The notes under the pieces were generated by a model that was given only the letters and a program-made list of their open reading frames with translations, ran no database searches and was not told the origin of the DNA. A DNA stretch of 63,896 nucleotides, counting the filler, from Lenisia limosa (Eukaryota; Protista; Breviatea), in the NCBI GenBank assembly GCA_001655205.1. It is 10 parts of 10 records of this genome, joined end to end, with 100 filler letters (N's around TTAATTAATTAA, not from the genome) between each part and the next. Parts side by side here need not be neighbours in the genome. Positions count along the whole stretch, not along the records: positions 1 to 4,624 come from LPNZ01003432.1; positions 4,725 to 7,873 come from LPNZ01006846.1; positions 7,974 to 13,878 come from LPNZ01011234.1; 7 more parts are not named here. One strand, given 5' to 3'. Positions 1 through 13,978 of the stretch are shown one piece after another (position 1 is the stretch's first letter; each line of letters opens with the position of its first letter). The position numbers and the translations under genes are program-made.

Positions 1-1099
1 ACTAGTAGAGAGCACTCGGCAGAATGGGAATGTCAACTAGAGCGTACTAGATGGTCAGAGATGTCATACGTTTTGCTGTTGAATCCCCAGGTACGATTAT
101 GCCATATTGACCCAAAGTGCTTTGAAGTATAAATTGTATATGATATATAATAGATGGAATTAAAACAAGGTTGTATCTGACCGAAGCCATCCACGCCATC
201 ACACTTATAAAGAATATTGGATTCTAGAACCTCAAAGTAACAACAAAGCTACACCCCCCCCCCCCNNNNNNNNNNNNNNNNNNNNNNNNNNNNNNNNNNN
301 NNNNNNNNNNNNNNNNNNNNNNNNNNNNNNNNNNNNNNNNNNNNNNNNNNNNNNNNNNNNNNNNNNNNNNNNNNNNNNNNNNNNNNNNNNNNNNNNNNNN
401 NNNNNNNNNNNNNNNNNNNNNNNNNNNNNNNNNNNNNNNNNNNNNNNNNNNNNNNNNNNNNNNNNNNNNNNNNNNNNNNNNNNNNNNNNNNNNNNNNNNN
501 NNNNNNNNNNNNNNNNNNNNNNNNNNNNNNNNNNNNNNNNNNNNNNNNNNNCCAGCGATGAAATACTGTTTTTTATTTGAAAACAAAAGAGAGAAACAAA
601 ACCCTCAAACAGTTATACAAACAGGGAAGAGGGTAAATCAAGAAAATATATTAAATACAATCATAGCTATCTCATATCATTAATATAATATAATATTTTA
701 TTATACTATACAGTATATGTCTTGTAGTAATATATCATATAATATACTATCATATATATAGACCCAAAATCGATGTTAACACATGGATTGAAAACACCAA
801 GCNNNNNNNNNNNNNNNNNNNNNNNNNNNNNNNNNNNNNNNNNNNNNNNNNNNNNNNNNNNNNNNNNNNNNNNNNNNNNNNNNNNNNNNNNNNNNNNNNN
901 NNNNNNNNNNNNNNNNNNNNNNNNNNNNNNNNNNNNNNNNNNNNNNNNNNNNNNNNNNNNNNNNNNNNNNNNNNNNNNNNNNNNNNNNNNNCGTTAAATA
1001 AACAAAAACAGGTGAATAATATATGTTGTTTTTTTAAAAAAAACACTCCTCGTAAATATACATTTTGTCCCCTCCCCCTTCGTTAGTCTAACCCCCCTT

Positions 1100-4000
1100 C
1101 ATCATCATCAAAGATAATAGGAAAATGTTTTATGAATATCCCCTGACATTTGACTTCTAGCCACCAAATAAACGCCGGTTTGATCAATGACGTTGAGGGC
1201 CTCGCTTTCAAGGTGGACTGCGAACTGAAGCTATTGGGCGTAAAAGACAAATACCAAGTATGTTCATTCGACTTTTGCCGAGGACGTGTGAGAAAAGGGA
1301 CTTGGAGTATTTCTTGAAAGGTACTAACTATTATCATAGGAGCACTCCCCCCAACCAAGGTTCCTGATAAATCAATAGAGCAAGTGCTGTTTTCGTCTAA
1401 GTTGGTACGGAGCTGTAATGGTTAATTACAATATACAATATTCAACAGAAGCAGTGAATTGACTGATATCCCCTCCGAAATACTTCCAATCCACATAAGC
1501 ACAAATAAGACCCCATCACCATTTTAGATCTAGAAACCCACAACAGAGCAGATACTTGAATCCCCCCCACTGTGACACAGGGCGTCATTTCACTTTCTGG
1601 TGAAGCCATTGGGACGATTCCGTAGGTATAGCGGGTGGGAACGGCAGCCAACTAAACAGGAAAACAGTAAGAACTGTGGCGAAAGACAATATTACGACAA
1701 TTGTCAAGTATGGATGCAAAAGTGAGCAAAACAACCACACATGAACTCATCCAGACCATTTGTATAATCCCCCCCACGTTAATGTAAAACCAACATCATT
1801 ATACCCCCCCCCACACACACATATATATATATAGCTATATGATATACACATATATCGATATATATTCTAGTATATATACGAAATATTAATGTAAACATCC
1901 CCCACGTTAATATAGACATCAGTTGTGACGGCATCATCAGACTCCTTTGTAAGAGGCAGAATAGTGTGATTGCCAAATTCCAGGGGCGTCTCCGGGATAG
2001 CGTATGTATAGAGCTGGGGGGTGGGCGTAAAATTGGAAAATTTAAANNNNNNNNNNNNNNNNNNNNNNNNNNNNNNNNNNNNNNNNNNNNNNNNNNNNNN
2101 NNNNNNNNNNNNNNNNNNNNNNNNNNNNNNNNNNNNNNNNNNNNNNNNNNNNNNNNNNNNNNNNNNNNNNNNNNNNNNNNNNNAGAGGGGAATGAAAAGG
2201 AAAATTGAAAGTATTATCAGTTTCCACGCAGTGATATGAATACCTCATATCCAATCGTATGCTAATTGACCAACAAGTCTCAATGATACTCTGAAAAACT
2301 TGGGCCTTCGTGTTATCTTCTTTCTTCATTTCGACTTGAAAGTCGGTAATATGATCGAGTGGCATTTTATCAACGCAAAACAATTCTTTCTTCCCTCTTA
2401 CTCCTCTTAGGTATAACTACAGTGTATTGTCACAAAAATCTCCGTTACATTAACATTTTTTCCTCTTACTGAGGGCTTGGTGTCAATGGTGAAGGACAGA
2501 GTTGACGGGATGCCGTCTAAGGAAGTGAAGAGTGATGGTAATAAAAAAAAAGAAGATGAAAATGGTATTACTCGAGACTTTTGAAAGAAATACAAAAGCC
2601 CGGGTACCCCCAAAGGCCTACCAGGTGACCCCGGAAGCTTATCAAGGTAGAACTTCCAAGTAGCACTCATCGAAGTTTCTAAAATATTAAACCTGTTTGG
2701 CAGATATGATATGTGGGGGGATATACCGTTTGGCCATTATTCTAACCAAAGCATCCACGCCATCACAAATAAACAAACATGGTCAAATAAGCCCGAACTT
2801 GGTCACAAAATAGTCAAGCATGGTCAAATAAGCCCGAACTTGGTCACAAAATAGTCAAGCATTGTCAAATAAGCCCGAACTTGGGGCAAGAACTAAGTCA
2901 TTCTCCACAATACCCCCCTGCATACCCGATGTATAAGGGGCAAGAACTAAGTCATTCTCCACAATTCCTGGATAAATGAGAATGCTACAACGGTACAATA
3001 TAATAATACTATGTAAAGTGAGAAAGCTGCAATGGTACGATATAATAATACTATGTAAAGTGAGAAAATAAATGATTATGTATTTCAAAATTTCAAGGGT
3101 ATTTGTTTTGTCTTTTTCCCAAAATATAAAAAGAATATAAGCGGGTTACTCGTCCTAAAATGTCATGCCTAATGTCAAACGTCTCCATTAAGATTGCACC
3201 AGCGAACCATTCCCAATATCTCCGCCAGTGGAGTTTTTAAATTGGTATTCCACCCGGTTCAAGGTGTAGAATTGAGGAGGGTCAATCTGAGTCATAAATC
3301 ATAAGAATTTTGAGACCTATTGATATCTGAATCAAACCATAAAAAAAAAACAGAACATTGGAAATTGTTCCAGAAAGGTTGAAAAGGTGGCAGAAAAGTT
3401 GAAAAGGTGGCAGAAAAGTTGAAAAGGTGACAGAAATGCCACTATGCCCACCTCGAAAGCTACTGGAACCGTTGGCCTGAAATGTCACATTTTCAATGAG
3501 CACAATAAGTTACATTTGGTATAATTGGTGATGGGAAGTGTTTATTCTTATTATTATTTATTTTTATTGCTGGCATTTCATTCCATGGGATATGAAAAAT
3601 AGAAGAGATTCATTGTGTTGGGCTTCCTGACCGGGAAAGGAATTAATTAATCGATTGTTTTCGAGGATTTTCAGAAAAATTCATACATTTTTCAGACCGA
3701 AATGAAGCCCTAATTAAGACAACACTTAGCCTTACTTCTTACCGCACCACCATCCATCCTTGACTTGCTTCTTACCGCCCCACCATCTATCCTTGACTTG
3801 CGTGTTATTCAAAAGGGACGCGGGAAGGGAGAACGCAGACCATCTTGGGAGATACGACGAATAAGGGATGTCTGAATCATTAGATGGATACAGCCATATT
3901 ATCCAGCCCTCATACAGACGCACGCGGGAGCTGCCACTTCTTGGCCATTCTCACAAAACGGCTCGGTTTGGATGGTGATTGAAAAGGAAGGCTCAGCACA

Positions 4001-4430
4001 AGCGGGTGCGTAGTTCACGTTCTATGCCACGTGAGATTGGCGTGAATTGTGACATTTGGTTTTTTTTGAGTGGATTTTGGAGAATCAGCCCCCCCACCTG
4101 GCATGGGCGATTAGCCTCGAAAGCGGAGTATCTCAAACGGCCGGACGGCGAACTAGACACCGGCACGTCTGACAGGATAAGGGGGATGTATAATGTTGTT
4201 ATGGTGGTAAGGGTTATAGGAGTTATATGAGCTGCAGAAGAGGATGTCACAAGACACCCCCACATAAATAGCATATAAACACCCCCACTTGGCATATAAA
4301 CGAGCTTGTCCGCCTCAGAAGCGGCCACAAGGGCCCGGGTATCCACAGGGGACAATACGGCACTGTCAAGATCGAAGCGGTGCAAGGTGCTGAAGGAACT
4401 TGCCGCCGGTACGTAGTAGACCTGGAGGGT
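1100..4430 (-). CDS. Multi-exon gene fragment, unidentified, possibly extracellular
   Basis: GT-AG-bounded open exons read by hand, e.g. VYYVPAASSFSTLHRFDLDSAVLSPVDTRALVAASEADKLVYMPS (~4290-4430), LYTYAIPETPLEFGNHTILPLTKESDDAVTTDVYIN (~1905-2010), LAAVPTRYTYGIVPMASPESEMTPCVT (~1570-1650). No family motif recognised; ends approximate. Confidence 0.45.
2778..3067. repeat. Cluster of adjacent local duplications
   Basis: 41-bp unit catggtcaaataagcccgaacttggtcacaaaatagtcaag x~2.6, then ggggcaagaactaagtcattctccacaat x2, then a ~43-bp unit x2. Confidence 0.9.
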
Positions 4431-4624
4431 TATACATATCATATATATATATATGTAGACCTGAGGGTAATACATATCATATATATGTAGACCTGAGGGT
4501 TACACATATTCTGAGGGTTATACATATTATATATAGACCTGAGGGTATAAAAATTCATTTAGATCTGAGGGTTATACATATCATATATAGACCTGAGGGT
4601 TATACATATCATATATAGACCTGA
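4418..4624. repeat. Degenerate ~27-30-bp minisatellite running into the linker
   Basis: Unit agacctgagggttatacatatcatatat, about 7 copies. Confidence 0.9.
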
Positions 4625-4724
4625 NNNNNNNNNNNNNNNNNNNNNNNNNNNNNNNNNNNNNNNNNNNNTTAATTAATTAANNNNNNNNNNNNNNNNNNNN
4701 NNNNNNNNNNNNNNNNNNNNNNNN
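4625..4724. other. Artificial 100-nt contig linker N44-TTAATTAATTAA-N44
   Basis: The same construct recurs at 7874-7973, 13879-13978, 18175-18274, 24763-24862, 26367-26466, 28141-28240, 54310-54409 and 61916-62015. TTAATTAATTAA gives stops in all six frames. Confidence 0.97.
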
Positions 4725-4878
4725 CCCCCCCCTAATGCCAATATGTCCTCGTATCCCCTCACATACCCCGTCTCAACCCCCAGTTTGTTGTCAGCGAACA
4801 GTGTTGATTTTGAGCTTTTTTATTTCTTCAATTTTCTAATTTTATTTTTCCCCTAATATCCCCACTAACACCCCTTAG

Positions 4879-6159
4879 ACCGGAGCCCATGATGGACCGC
4901 TCTGCACTTTTGTCCACTCTTGGTTCTCTCGGCGCCTTGGATGGTGCGGGGGGAGGCAGTAAATACCTTATCTAAAGAAAAACACTCTCATACTTTATTC
5001 CAAGTAATATCACTCTCGAAGCAATTGACACTCTAATGCCTGATCCCAAAGAATGACATGCTCAAACCTTATTTCAAGCAAAGTCTCAAATTACCTTTAG
5101 AAGCAAAGTCTCTAATTATCTTTAGACGTAATCGAGGTCATTGACGATCAGGAAGAATCGGACGGACTTGTTCGATGTGGGTGTGAATATGCCATACCCC
5201 CCTCCTGTCTTTATCCTCCCAACACCAACACTTTGTCAGCCTTAAATCGAGATGTGCACCGTTTGGAGATAATACTCCCAACCAGTCTTTTTCATGTGTT
5301 ATTATCAACACTCGTTTGTTGCTAGCCAACAGAGTTGATTTCGGGCTTTTGTTTCATAATTTTCATCCAATCTTACTCCTTCCAGCGTCCTCGGATCTTC
5401 GAGGTAGTAGGAGTCTCTTGTCATCGTACTCTTCCCCCGAAAAGCCGCAAGATTTCCAGTTCAAAACACCACGCAAGCAGGGCGATGACACCACAATGGA
5501 ACTCTCCGTNNNNNNNNNNNNNNNNNNNNNNNNNNNNNNNNNNNNNNNNNNNNNNNNNNNNNNNNNNNNNNNNNNNNNNNNNNNNNNNNNNNNNNNNNNN
5601 NNNNNNNNNNNNNNNNNNNNNNNNNNNNNNNNNNNNNNNNNNNNNNNNNNNNNNNNNNNNNNNNNNNNNNNNNNNNNNNNNNNNNNNNNNNNNNNNNNNN
5701 NNNNNNNNNNNNTCCACTTTGGCCCTCTCCAGTACCCCTCCAGCTCTCAGATCTCCTTCAGCTTCAATCACACCCCAGGTAGTGGGCTGTTTGATGTTTC
5801 GTTAATATTGTATTTGTGTTGATTCAATATGTATAACTCCCCCGTCCCCCCACCCCCTTATACTGACTTGTTAGTCTCGAATCCCGTCCCCCGCAACCCG
5901 GAGACAGAGAAGCAGGAGTGTTGTTTGTAGGCAGGAGTGTTGAGTGGGTGTGATATCTTTTAATCTCATAATAATCATTTTAACGCTTCTCTCTTATTAC
6001 GCTCTGCATAATCGTCTAATCCCATTGTATTCAACTGACTATCCCATAAATCCAATAATCACAATTTATTCCCATTTTATCCCCCCAGCCATAACGGCAC
6101 GGCCCGCGAGTGTCGATGAGGGGGCGGGAGACGTGTTGACGCGGAGGAAACGCGCATAA
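4879..6159 (+). CDS. 3' end of an unidentified gene (Ser/Pro/Thr-rich C-terminus)
   Basis: Exons ASSDLRGSRSLLSSYSSPEKPQDFQFKTPRKQGDDTTMELS, STLALSSTPPALRSPSASITPQ and terminal AITARPASVDEGAGDVLTRRKRA* (TAA at 6157-6159). The 5' part is lost at the 4625-4724 linker. Confidence 0.55.
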
Positions 6160-6286
6160 CGCGTGAAAATCTTGTGAGAGTTCGGGCTGTTTTGTTCTTA
6201 GTTTTCTTTATATGAGTGGTATTATTTAATTTCTATGCTTCTTTTTCTTTCGGTTTTTTCATGGGCTTTATTTTGGTTTAATAAAG

Positions 6287-7523
6287 ATGAGGAAATTATC
6301 AATATTATTTTATTTTTTACGTTTTACCTTTGCTCAAAATTATTCCACGGAAAATGCCCATGGAGGAAGCATAAGGTCAGAACACTTTAAATTCAAATGA
6401 AATTTATTGGGCAAAAAATCAAATAAAACACTAATTCCTAACCTCATATGAAACTACTCATAAATCTCTCAACAGCATATCATATTATATATAGAACTTG
6501 ATAACAGCTTAAATAAGCAACTTATGTATGATATTATAGAGAACATAATATAATACCACTAGGGTCCACCAGAAAAAGAGACAGCTCATTTATCAACTAA
6601 TAGACCTTTCAAATTTTGTAATGTAATACAGTGACCGAGATACGTCCCGGCACAGATATTGAGTGTTATCGTCAGGACTTATCGCAGTCAGTGTAATTTC
6701 CAAAACCTCCCTCTAAGCCGTCAAGGTCTTACTATTAGTTGTCTCTGGTCAAGAAACAGCTCATATTAACAGTTTAATACAACAAGAGTTATCATATTAC
6801 TTCAAAAGCTCAAATGAAACAGTTCAAATAACAACATAATTATATTAATACAGCTACTCGGGGTCGTCACGGTCCAAATACTCCTTTGTTCTACTTCGCC
6901 TCGAAGAGTCAACACATCGCCGAATCTGTGTCGTCATTCCGGGGCAAATTACAAATGTTGCCCATATCTACAAGTGACGTTCATAGACTTTCGAGTCGAA
7001 ATAAAGGTAACACGAGGGTTTACCCCGAGAGCATCATAGTCTCATTGTGACTTGTCTGTCAATTCACATGAGTGGATATGAGGTATATCGAAATAATAGT
7101 TCACACCTGTGACATGGTACTCTATGACAGACCGTTGCAGGTCTTAACAGGTGTTCTGACAGGTATTCGTATCAGAAACGTAAGACTTAACCAAGTTCAT
7201 TTCGTTTTGGAACCGAATGTAATAACCTATTGTTCCCCCGACATACGTAGTGGATCAAAATGGTGAGAAGAATGCCGATGATGGGAAGGACCATCACGTC
7301 GAATATGCCTTCTGGAAAGGTCACAGCAATAAGTCATTGTTAATACTACCTCTAACAACAATACTCCAACTGAAACATTAAATACACATCAACATACAAC
7401 AAGCCCTTGGCGATTGTCTGTCATATTCTCAATACACCTACCGCTTCTTAAGGGTCCCAGCCAAACAGACGGGAAGAGGAAGGCAAGGCGGAAGATACAG
7501 CCTATCGCATCCTAGACGGCTAA
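6287..7523 (+). CDS. Putative small secreted protein, unidentified
   Basis: ATG 6287 gives signal-peptide-like MRKLSILFYFLRFTFAQNYSTENAHGGSI. Later exons join in frame as YSFVLLRLEESTHRRICVVIPGQITNVAHIYKCSDRYSYQKLDQNGEKNADDGKDHHVEYAFWK. The 3' end is tentative. Confidence 0.35.
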
Positions 7524-8015
7524 AAAGAAAACGATGTCTGATTTTTAGGCAACTATACATGTATATATTTGAAAAAATATTCATATGATATGCATACAAT
7601 AATCGTTATAAGTCCTAACACGATTGACTTAAAAGCTGAATATCCGGTTCAGGACTTATCACTCTCAGTGTATATCACCACCCTTGCGGCTAGTGAAGGA
7701 ACCGACTTTGTCTAGTATAATCAATTTACCGAACCGAACCGAAACAAAGTGAAACACTACTTGTTGCATAGCATCCATCACCATCCTGGCTTAGCATCAC
7801 CATCATCATCCTGGCTTAACATCACCATCCTGTCCACCACCAAAATTCAACCCCCATATTTCCTCTTCATTACNNNNNNNNNNNNNNNNNNNNNNNNNNN
7901 NNNNNNNNNNNNNNNNNTTAATTAATTAANNNNNNNNNNNNNNNNNNNNNNNNNNNNNNNNNNNNNNNNNNNNTATTTCCTATCTAAGATCCTGCTACTT
8001 TTACCTTCTCACCAG

Positions 8016-8766
8016 GCGTTGCTGCGATGATTGCAGTCACCCTTCTATCATGGGCGTTGTTTGACCTCAGGCCAACTTTCCTCTTCGTCATCGGATTGGT
8101 GCAAGTGGGAGCGGTTTTTAAACAAGAACTAAGAATGATTGGGAGTATTATTATTATACATATGCTGGGAACGCACACAGAAAGCTGTGTGCATAGAGTT
8201 GTCAGGCAAATTATTGGGTGAATTAATATTTACTTTATAATCCAATATTTCTTATAAGCGTGANNNNNNNNNNNNNNNNNNNNNNNNNNNNNNNNNNNNN
8301 NNNNNNNNNNNNNNNNNNNNNNNNNNNNNNNNNNNNNNNNNNNNNNNNNNNNNNNNNNNNNNNNNNNNNNNNNNNNNTATTTTGAGGAAATTAATTGACA
8401 AAATTAGAAATTAAAGTGTCTGGAATAGGGCTCCCGTTATAATATGTTTCAAATTTTGATATTAAAATATCAATCAATTGCACGGAGCCCTAATTACACA
8501 ATAATCCAACATCTCATATAATGACGGCTTCGGCCGGATACAACCTTGCTTAATTTCTCATATCTCTATAAAACCACCATTAATCACTCCAGGTTATTAT
8601 TGCCAGAATATTTGCATATTCACACTTCTAAATCACCACAGATTATTATTACAACTTCTATTCTTATCCCCAACTCCCAGGTTATTATTGCCACCTACTT
8701 CTACTATTCGGACCTGGGTCCGGTGAAGGAGTTGAAGCGAGACGTGGCACGGCTGAACCCGTTTGC
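8016..8766 (+). CDS. Fragment of a membrane protein, unidentified
   Basis: Hydrophobic exon GVAAMIAVTLLSWALFDLRPTFLFVIGL after a ccag acceptor, and TYFYYSDLGPVKELKRDVARLNPF running into an N gap. Confidence 0.35.
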
Positions 8767-10523
8767 NNNNNNNNNNNNNNNNNNNNNNNNNNNNNNNNNN
8801 NNNNNNNNNNNNNNNNNNNNNNNNNNNNNNNNNNNNNNNNNNNNNNNNNNNNNNNNNNNNNNNNNNNNNNNNNNNNNNNNNNNNNNNNNNNNNNNNNNNN
8901 NNNNNNNNNNNNNNNNNNNNNNNNNNNNNNNNNNNNNNNNNNNNNNNNNNNNNNNNNNNNNNNNNNNNNNNNNNNNNNNNNNNNNNNNNNNNNNNNNNNN
9001 NNNNNNNNNNNNNNNNNNNNNNNNNNNNNNNNNNNNNNNNNNNNNNNNNNNNNNNNNNNNNNNNNNNNNNNNNNNNNNNNAACAAGAGAAATAATACTAC
9101 ATAAGAAACATAGTGAAACAAATAATACATAGGGATAGACAAGACAAATTAGGATATTCCCTATTTATTTCCCATCATATACCATGCCATCACAATCACC
9201 AACACTCATATCTATTAGGGTCAGTAATACTCCATTATCCAGGAGTGATATAGTCATATGACCGACTTTCAAGTCGAAATGATGAACGAAGATAGCATGA
9301 GGGTTTATCCCGAGAGTATCGGAGTAGCATTGAGACTTGTTTGTCAATTATCATACGACTGGATATGCGGTATCATATCACTGCGTGGAAAATGATATTT
9401 CATACGTGTGAAAATGATCCAAAAAGTGATACGAAACACAACCACTCACCACTCTAGGTCCGCGGGAACCGAATTGCTGCATGGCCCCGTGATAGAGTTC
9501 CAGTAATCCAGTGACCGTTTTCCTTCCCAGTTAAATCCCTGTACAACCCCTAGTCGCCACAGCCTTCCAACTTAGATTTCTATCCAGCAGTCCGCTTTTC
9601 TCCCTCCATCCCACAATTCCACTACCTAGCACAACCCTAGCACACTTCCCCCCTTCCCCGAAGTTTCACCAAAGCCGCTGATGTGATGCGGTACTTTCTT
9701 TTCTTCTTAGATCCATTTGCTGATATTTGCTGATGTACAATATATTTATGCCCCCCCCCCCCCNNNNNNNNNNNNNNNNNNNNNNNNNNNNNNNNNNNNN
9801 NNNNNNNNNNNNNNNNNNNNNAAAAGAAGATTATAGATTTAGGGCTCTATCCAGGGGTTTATTATTCTATTATCTTTCTGGCTTAGTATACTCGTTATCA
9901 TTATCAACATATCAACAGATGCCAGGCCAAGATATCAGTCAGTTTCTGGTGTTTCTGATACGACCTGAAACAGCGCAACAGCGTGTTGACAGCGTGAAAG
10001 ATCCTTTGGCAATTCAGAAGAATAATGAGATTAAGTTCATCAATATGTAACTAATGTAAATAAAAATGTAAACCCCCACCATCCAAAATCATCCAAACAA
10101 ATATCCTTATCCAATTGGTTCCTTGTATAATAAGAAGAGAATAATAAATAAGAAAAGATAGAGAAGGAAAGAAGGAAGTGGCCGGAAGAACCACAGCTTC
10201 TGCACCATAAATAGTACCATTTGCCTGTGTAGTGTCAAGTCTTCCTACCCTCAGCAGCATTACTACTACAACAATACCTTAATCAGGACGAGTGAGGGTA
10301 AGTGGGATGTCATATTATTCTATCCCATTGTAGAGCATTTTCAACCACCATCACCAGTTATTGGTTAACTCTCGTTTAGATGTTCTGGTTTATTGCCGTA
10401 ATCGTTTTGGCTGTCCAGTTATTTGCTCCATCGACCCCCACACCATCATTCATCCTCAGCTCATGGTACCACTTTCCTTGTAAGAGGGATAAGCGGGATG
10501 ATGTAGCAGGAGTACACTACGGT

Positions 10524-10642
10524 GCATCGACTTGGGGTTCTTGTGAAAACGTTGGAATTCCCTTTTACATGGGAATCTCATAAAATTTTATGAAGAAACT
10601 TCTGGGATTCCCACATAATATAAGGGAATCCCAAGTCGATGC
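10524..10642. repeat. Fold-back (inverted repeat) element of ~120 bp
   Basis: Outer arms gcatcgacttggg / cccaagtcgatgc, with inner ttggaattccctt / aagggaatcccaa. Confidence 0.7.
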
Positions 10643-11312
10643 GCGGCAGTGTATTAAAAACGTGTTGGTGTGGTGCCCACGGCTTTATTCAAATAATAGG
10701 CTTTTAATTTAATGTAGAGTATCGATATGTAGATAGTTTACCATACAACCAATAATTAATAGAATAATATGAAAAATACACCATCAAGCTTAAAGAGATC
10801 TGATATTGGATTATTGTAAAATATTAATTCACCCAACCTAAATCATAATAGTATAAGCTGGGGAAGCACGCAGAAAGCTGTGTGCACAGAGTTGTAAGGC
10901 AAATGATTGGGTGAATAATATATACTATNNNNNNNNNNTTGAGCGCTAAAATACCAATATTGCTTATCTGGGAAGTCAATGTTTTATTCTTACAAATTCT
11001 AGGTCAGCAGCTAATGGATGCGTCAAATTTCCCGTCAAACCGTTTTGTCTGGGGGGGGGGGNNNNNNNNNNNNNNNNNNNNNNNNNNNNNNNNNNNNNNN
11101 NNNNNNNNNNNNNNNNNNNNNNNNNNNNNNNNNNNNNNNNNNNNNNNNNNNNNNNNNNNNNNNNNNNNNNNNNNNNNNNNNNNNNNNNTACTATCGCATT
11201 TAAGATTTTGTGGCAACAAATTTCCAAACTGGTGTGGCTCGGATGCAAGGAACCATATATTCAAATGCTGGTGTAATTTTTAGACAATATTAGAACCTCA
11301 AGTAGCTTGTTC

Positions 11313-13830
11313 TTAAAACACTCGAGTAATATATTCTGAGAGCACAATTTGATCCATCTGTACAACTGTTTTCCGTTGTAAGCCCTCAAAGGTCTTTACG
11401 CTGAGGAAAACAAAGATAATATTCTGTTTCTTGTCAATTATAACTCTACAATAGATCTTGACTTGCTTAGAAATCAGTGTAATATAGAGGCTGCATCCGA
11501 GACACCCCACTTGAAATTTTGACCCCATTTGCTATAGTAACCCATGCGTGATGATGTGTGGCTTCGGCCAGATACTGTAATCCAATATCTCAGATGGTGG
11601 ACGGCTTTGTTCAGAGACCTCCTTGTTTTATTTCCCCTCTCTACATACTACGAAACTAAAAAGCCCAAAATCAATCAAGTGAAAAAATCTTTGGTTCATA
11701 TCTTTTGTTTTTATTTTGAAATGTTGTCCCATATCCACTGGTAAATCGAACTACAAGTTTTCTTTTTTTAATCCTGAAAAAGACCGTCAGAATATCGATA
11801 TTCATCAAGATTTATTGATAAATTCAGTATTTTTTGGGGGAAGCTTTACAGCTAGGGTGTTACTTTGATTAGAAAAATAGACGAAGTTTCTGAGATAAAT
11901 CCTCGAAAACTATCGATATTTTACCGGTCTTTTTCCAACCGAAGAGAAGCCCTACTACACCGTGCAATAACCTCCCACAGGGCCACGCCTTTGTCTTCAC
12001 CGACACGGGGGAAGGATACATCTATGGCGGCGCGGTGCGGCAAAGTGGCTCGGTTGTTCCTCTAGGGGACATGTGGACTATTCCAAATGGTGGGGGTATA
12101 CCCTATGTATATATTTTATCACGTGTATACATACATATCATATGATCAAGTCTTGCCATATTATCATAAGTTGATATAATGGTTGTTTCTGCTACTTCCC
12201 AAAGGTCAGTATATCACCTCATCCATTTGACCAATCAGATCTCTCATGTGAATGGAAGGAAAGGTCTGAAATGTCTGGCCCGCGAGAGAGGTATTTGGGG
12301 GGGGGGGGGGGGNNNNNNNNNNNNNNNNNNNNNNNNNNNNNNNNNNNNNNNNNNNNNNNNNNNNNNNNNNNNNNNNNNNNNNNNNNNNNNNNNNNNNNNN
12401 NNNNNNNNNNNNNNNNNNNNNNNNNNNNNNNCTGAAACTCCAAACAAACAAAAAACAAGTAAAAAAAACAGGAAGTTTGCTTAGGACGGGTAAGATGGCT
12501 GAATAATGAGAGGAGGAATAAGATGGGGGAGTTACATTGGAATTGATAGTGAGAACGGGGGTAAAAGTTATTCGATGAAAGGAAGTGATGAGAGCGGAGT
12601 GACCTGATAATGAGACTTATCAATAGGGCTTCCCACGGTCCCAAAAAAGAGTGAATTTTCCAAGAAATTCTCTTGATAAATATCAATATTTTGACGGTCT
12701 TTTTCGGACCGCAGGGAAGCCCAACTTTTGGGAAAATTCGATTCTGGTTTTTTTGCTGGTGGTGAGTTGACCCCCATATTCCTTCATTTACCTCCAATGG
12801 GATGCGGTTTTGCAGAAGCGTCTGGCCTGGGCTTTGTTTGTTTCCTACCCGCGTGTATCNNNNNNNNNNNNNNNNNNNNNNNNNNNNNNNNNNNNNNNNN
12901 NNNNNNNNNNNNNNNNTTTTTGTTTCATAAAATCCAATTTTCGCTTTTTTTTTTTTCATAATTTTACAATTTTTACTACCCCCACCCTCTCCCAACACCC
13001 TTGGGCTGAAGTGTCGCACTCTTATGGTTATGTATTTAAGCGATCATGATAATAGCATCAATCAGAATTCAGTTCGAAAAAAAGACTGAAATTTCGGTAT
13101 CAGAAGCGGTCCGCACTATCATGTTTAGAAGGGATATTTTGGTTTATAGTATCAGACTCACCATCTTGTTGACTTTCTAGGTTTGGCCACTCCATGATCT
13201 ACATTTCACCAAATGATAGTGGGGGGATGGGATTTACATTTATTCTAATGATAGTGCCCCACACGCATACACCCTTACATTTGTGAGAATTACAAGAATA
13301 TTACTACACGTATAAACATAGTGCAGTTTCAAAATACCATGTCCAGCACCTACACCTTAATCACAAAATTGTAAAATATCGATAGTTTTCGACGATTTAT
13401 CGATAAATTCAGTCTTTTTCGAATAGGAGTGAAGCTGTAAATCACAACCGTCGTCAATTAATATAGAATCTCCCCTCCCATCACATCTGTAGAATCCCTG
13501 CCATTTGCTGGCAAGATTCTACTCTTTGGAGGGGTGGTGTTTGATCGGCTTGATGACTCACTGTTCCTCTTCGACATCCGTAGGGGGGGAGTGTTAAGGA
13601 GATAAGTCTTGACTAGGGCTTCCCTACGGTTCCAAAAAAGACTGCATTTCTCGATAAATCCTCGGTAAATATCGATATTTGAACGGTCTTTTTCGGACCG
13701 ATGGGGAACCCACACATACACACATGCATACACACACACTCAGTCACACACTCACAACGATACTAACTGCCATCAGAGAGCAACATTTGGAAACCCGTGC
13801 AGGTATCAGGAGAAACCCCAGCGCCACGAG
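11313..13830 (-). CDS. Multi-exon gene fragment, unidentified
   Basis: Candidate exons RNNRATLPHRAAIDVSFPRVGEDKGVAL (~11970-12060), TFQTFPSIHMRDLIGQMDE (~12215-12275) and VKTFEGLQRKTVVQMDQIVLSEYITRVF* (stop 11313). Frames and ends are uncertain. Confidence 0.35.
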
Positions 13831-13978
13831 CGTTTCACTCGGTCACTGCTACAAAATATAACGTGGGGGGGGGGGGGCNNNNNNNNNNNNNNNNNNNNNN
13901 NNNNNNNNNNNNNNNNNNNNNNTTAATTAATTAANNNNNNNNNNNNNNNNNNNNNNNNNNNNNNNNNNNNNNNNNNNN

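Noticed and set aside
6629-6700. LSVIVRTY as a glycosyltransferase family 2 N-terminus
   Set aside because: The sequence is a family D inverted-repeat element; the similar string at ~7645 is another D half.
9450-11290. A gene model for this interval
   Set aside because: Exon-like stretches occur on both strands and I could not fix strand or frame; probably coding but left unannotated.
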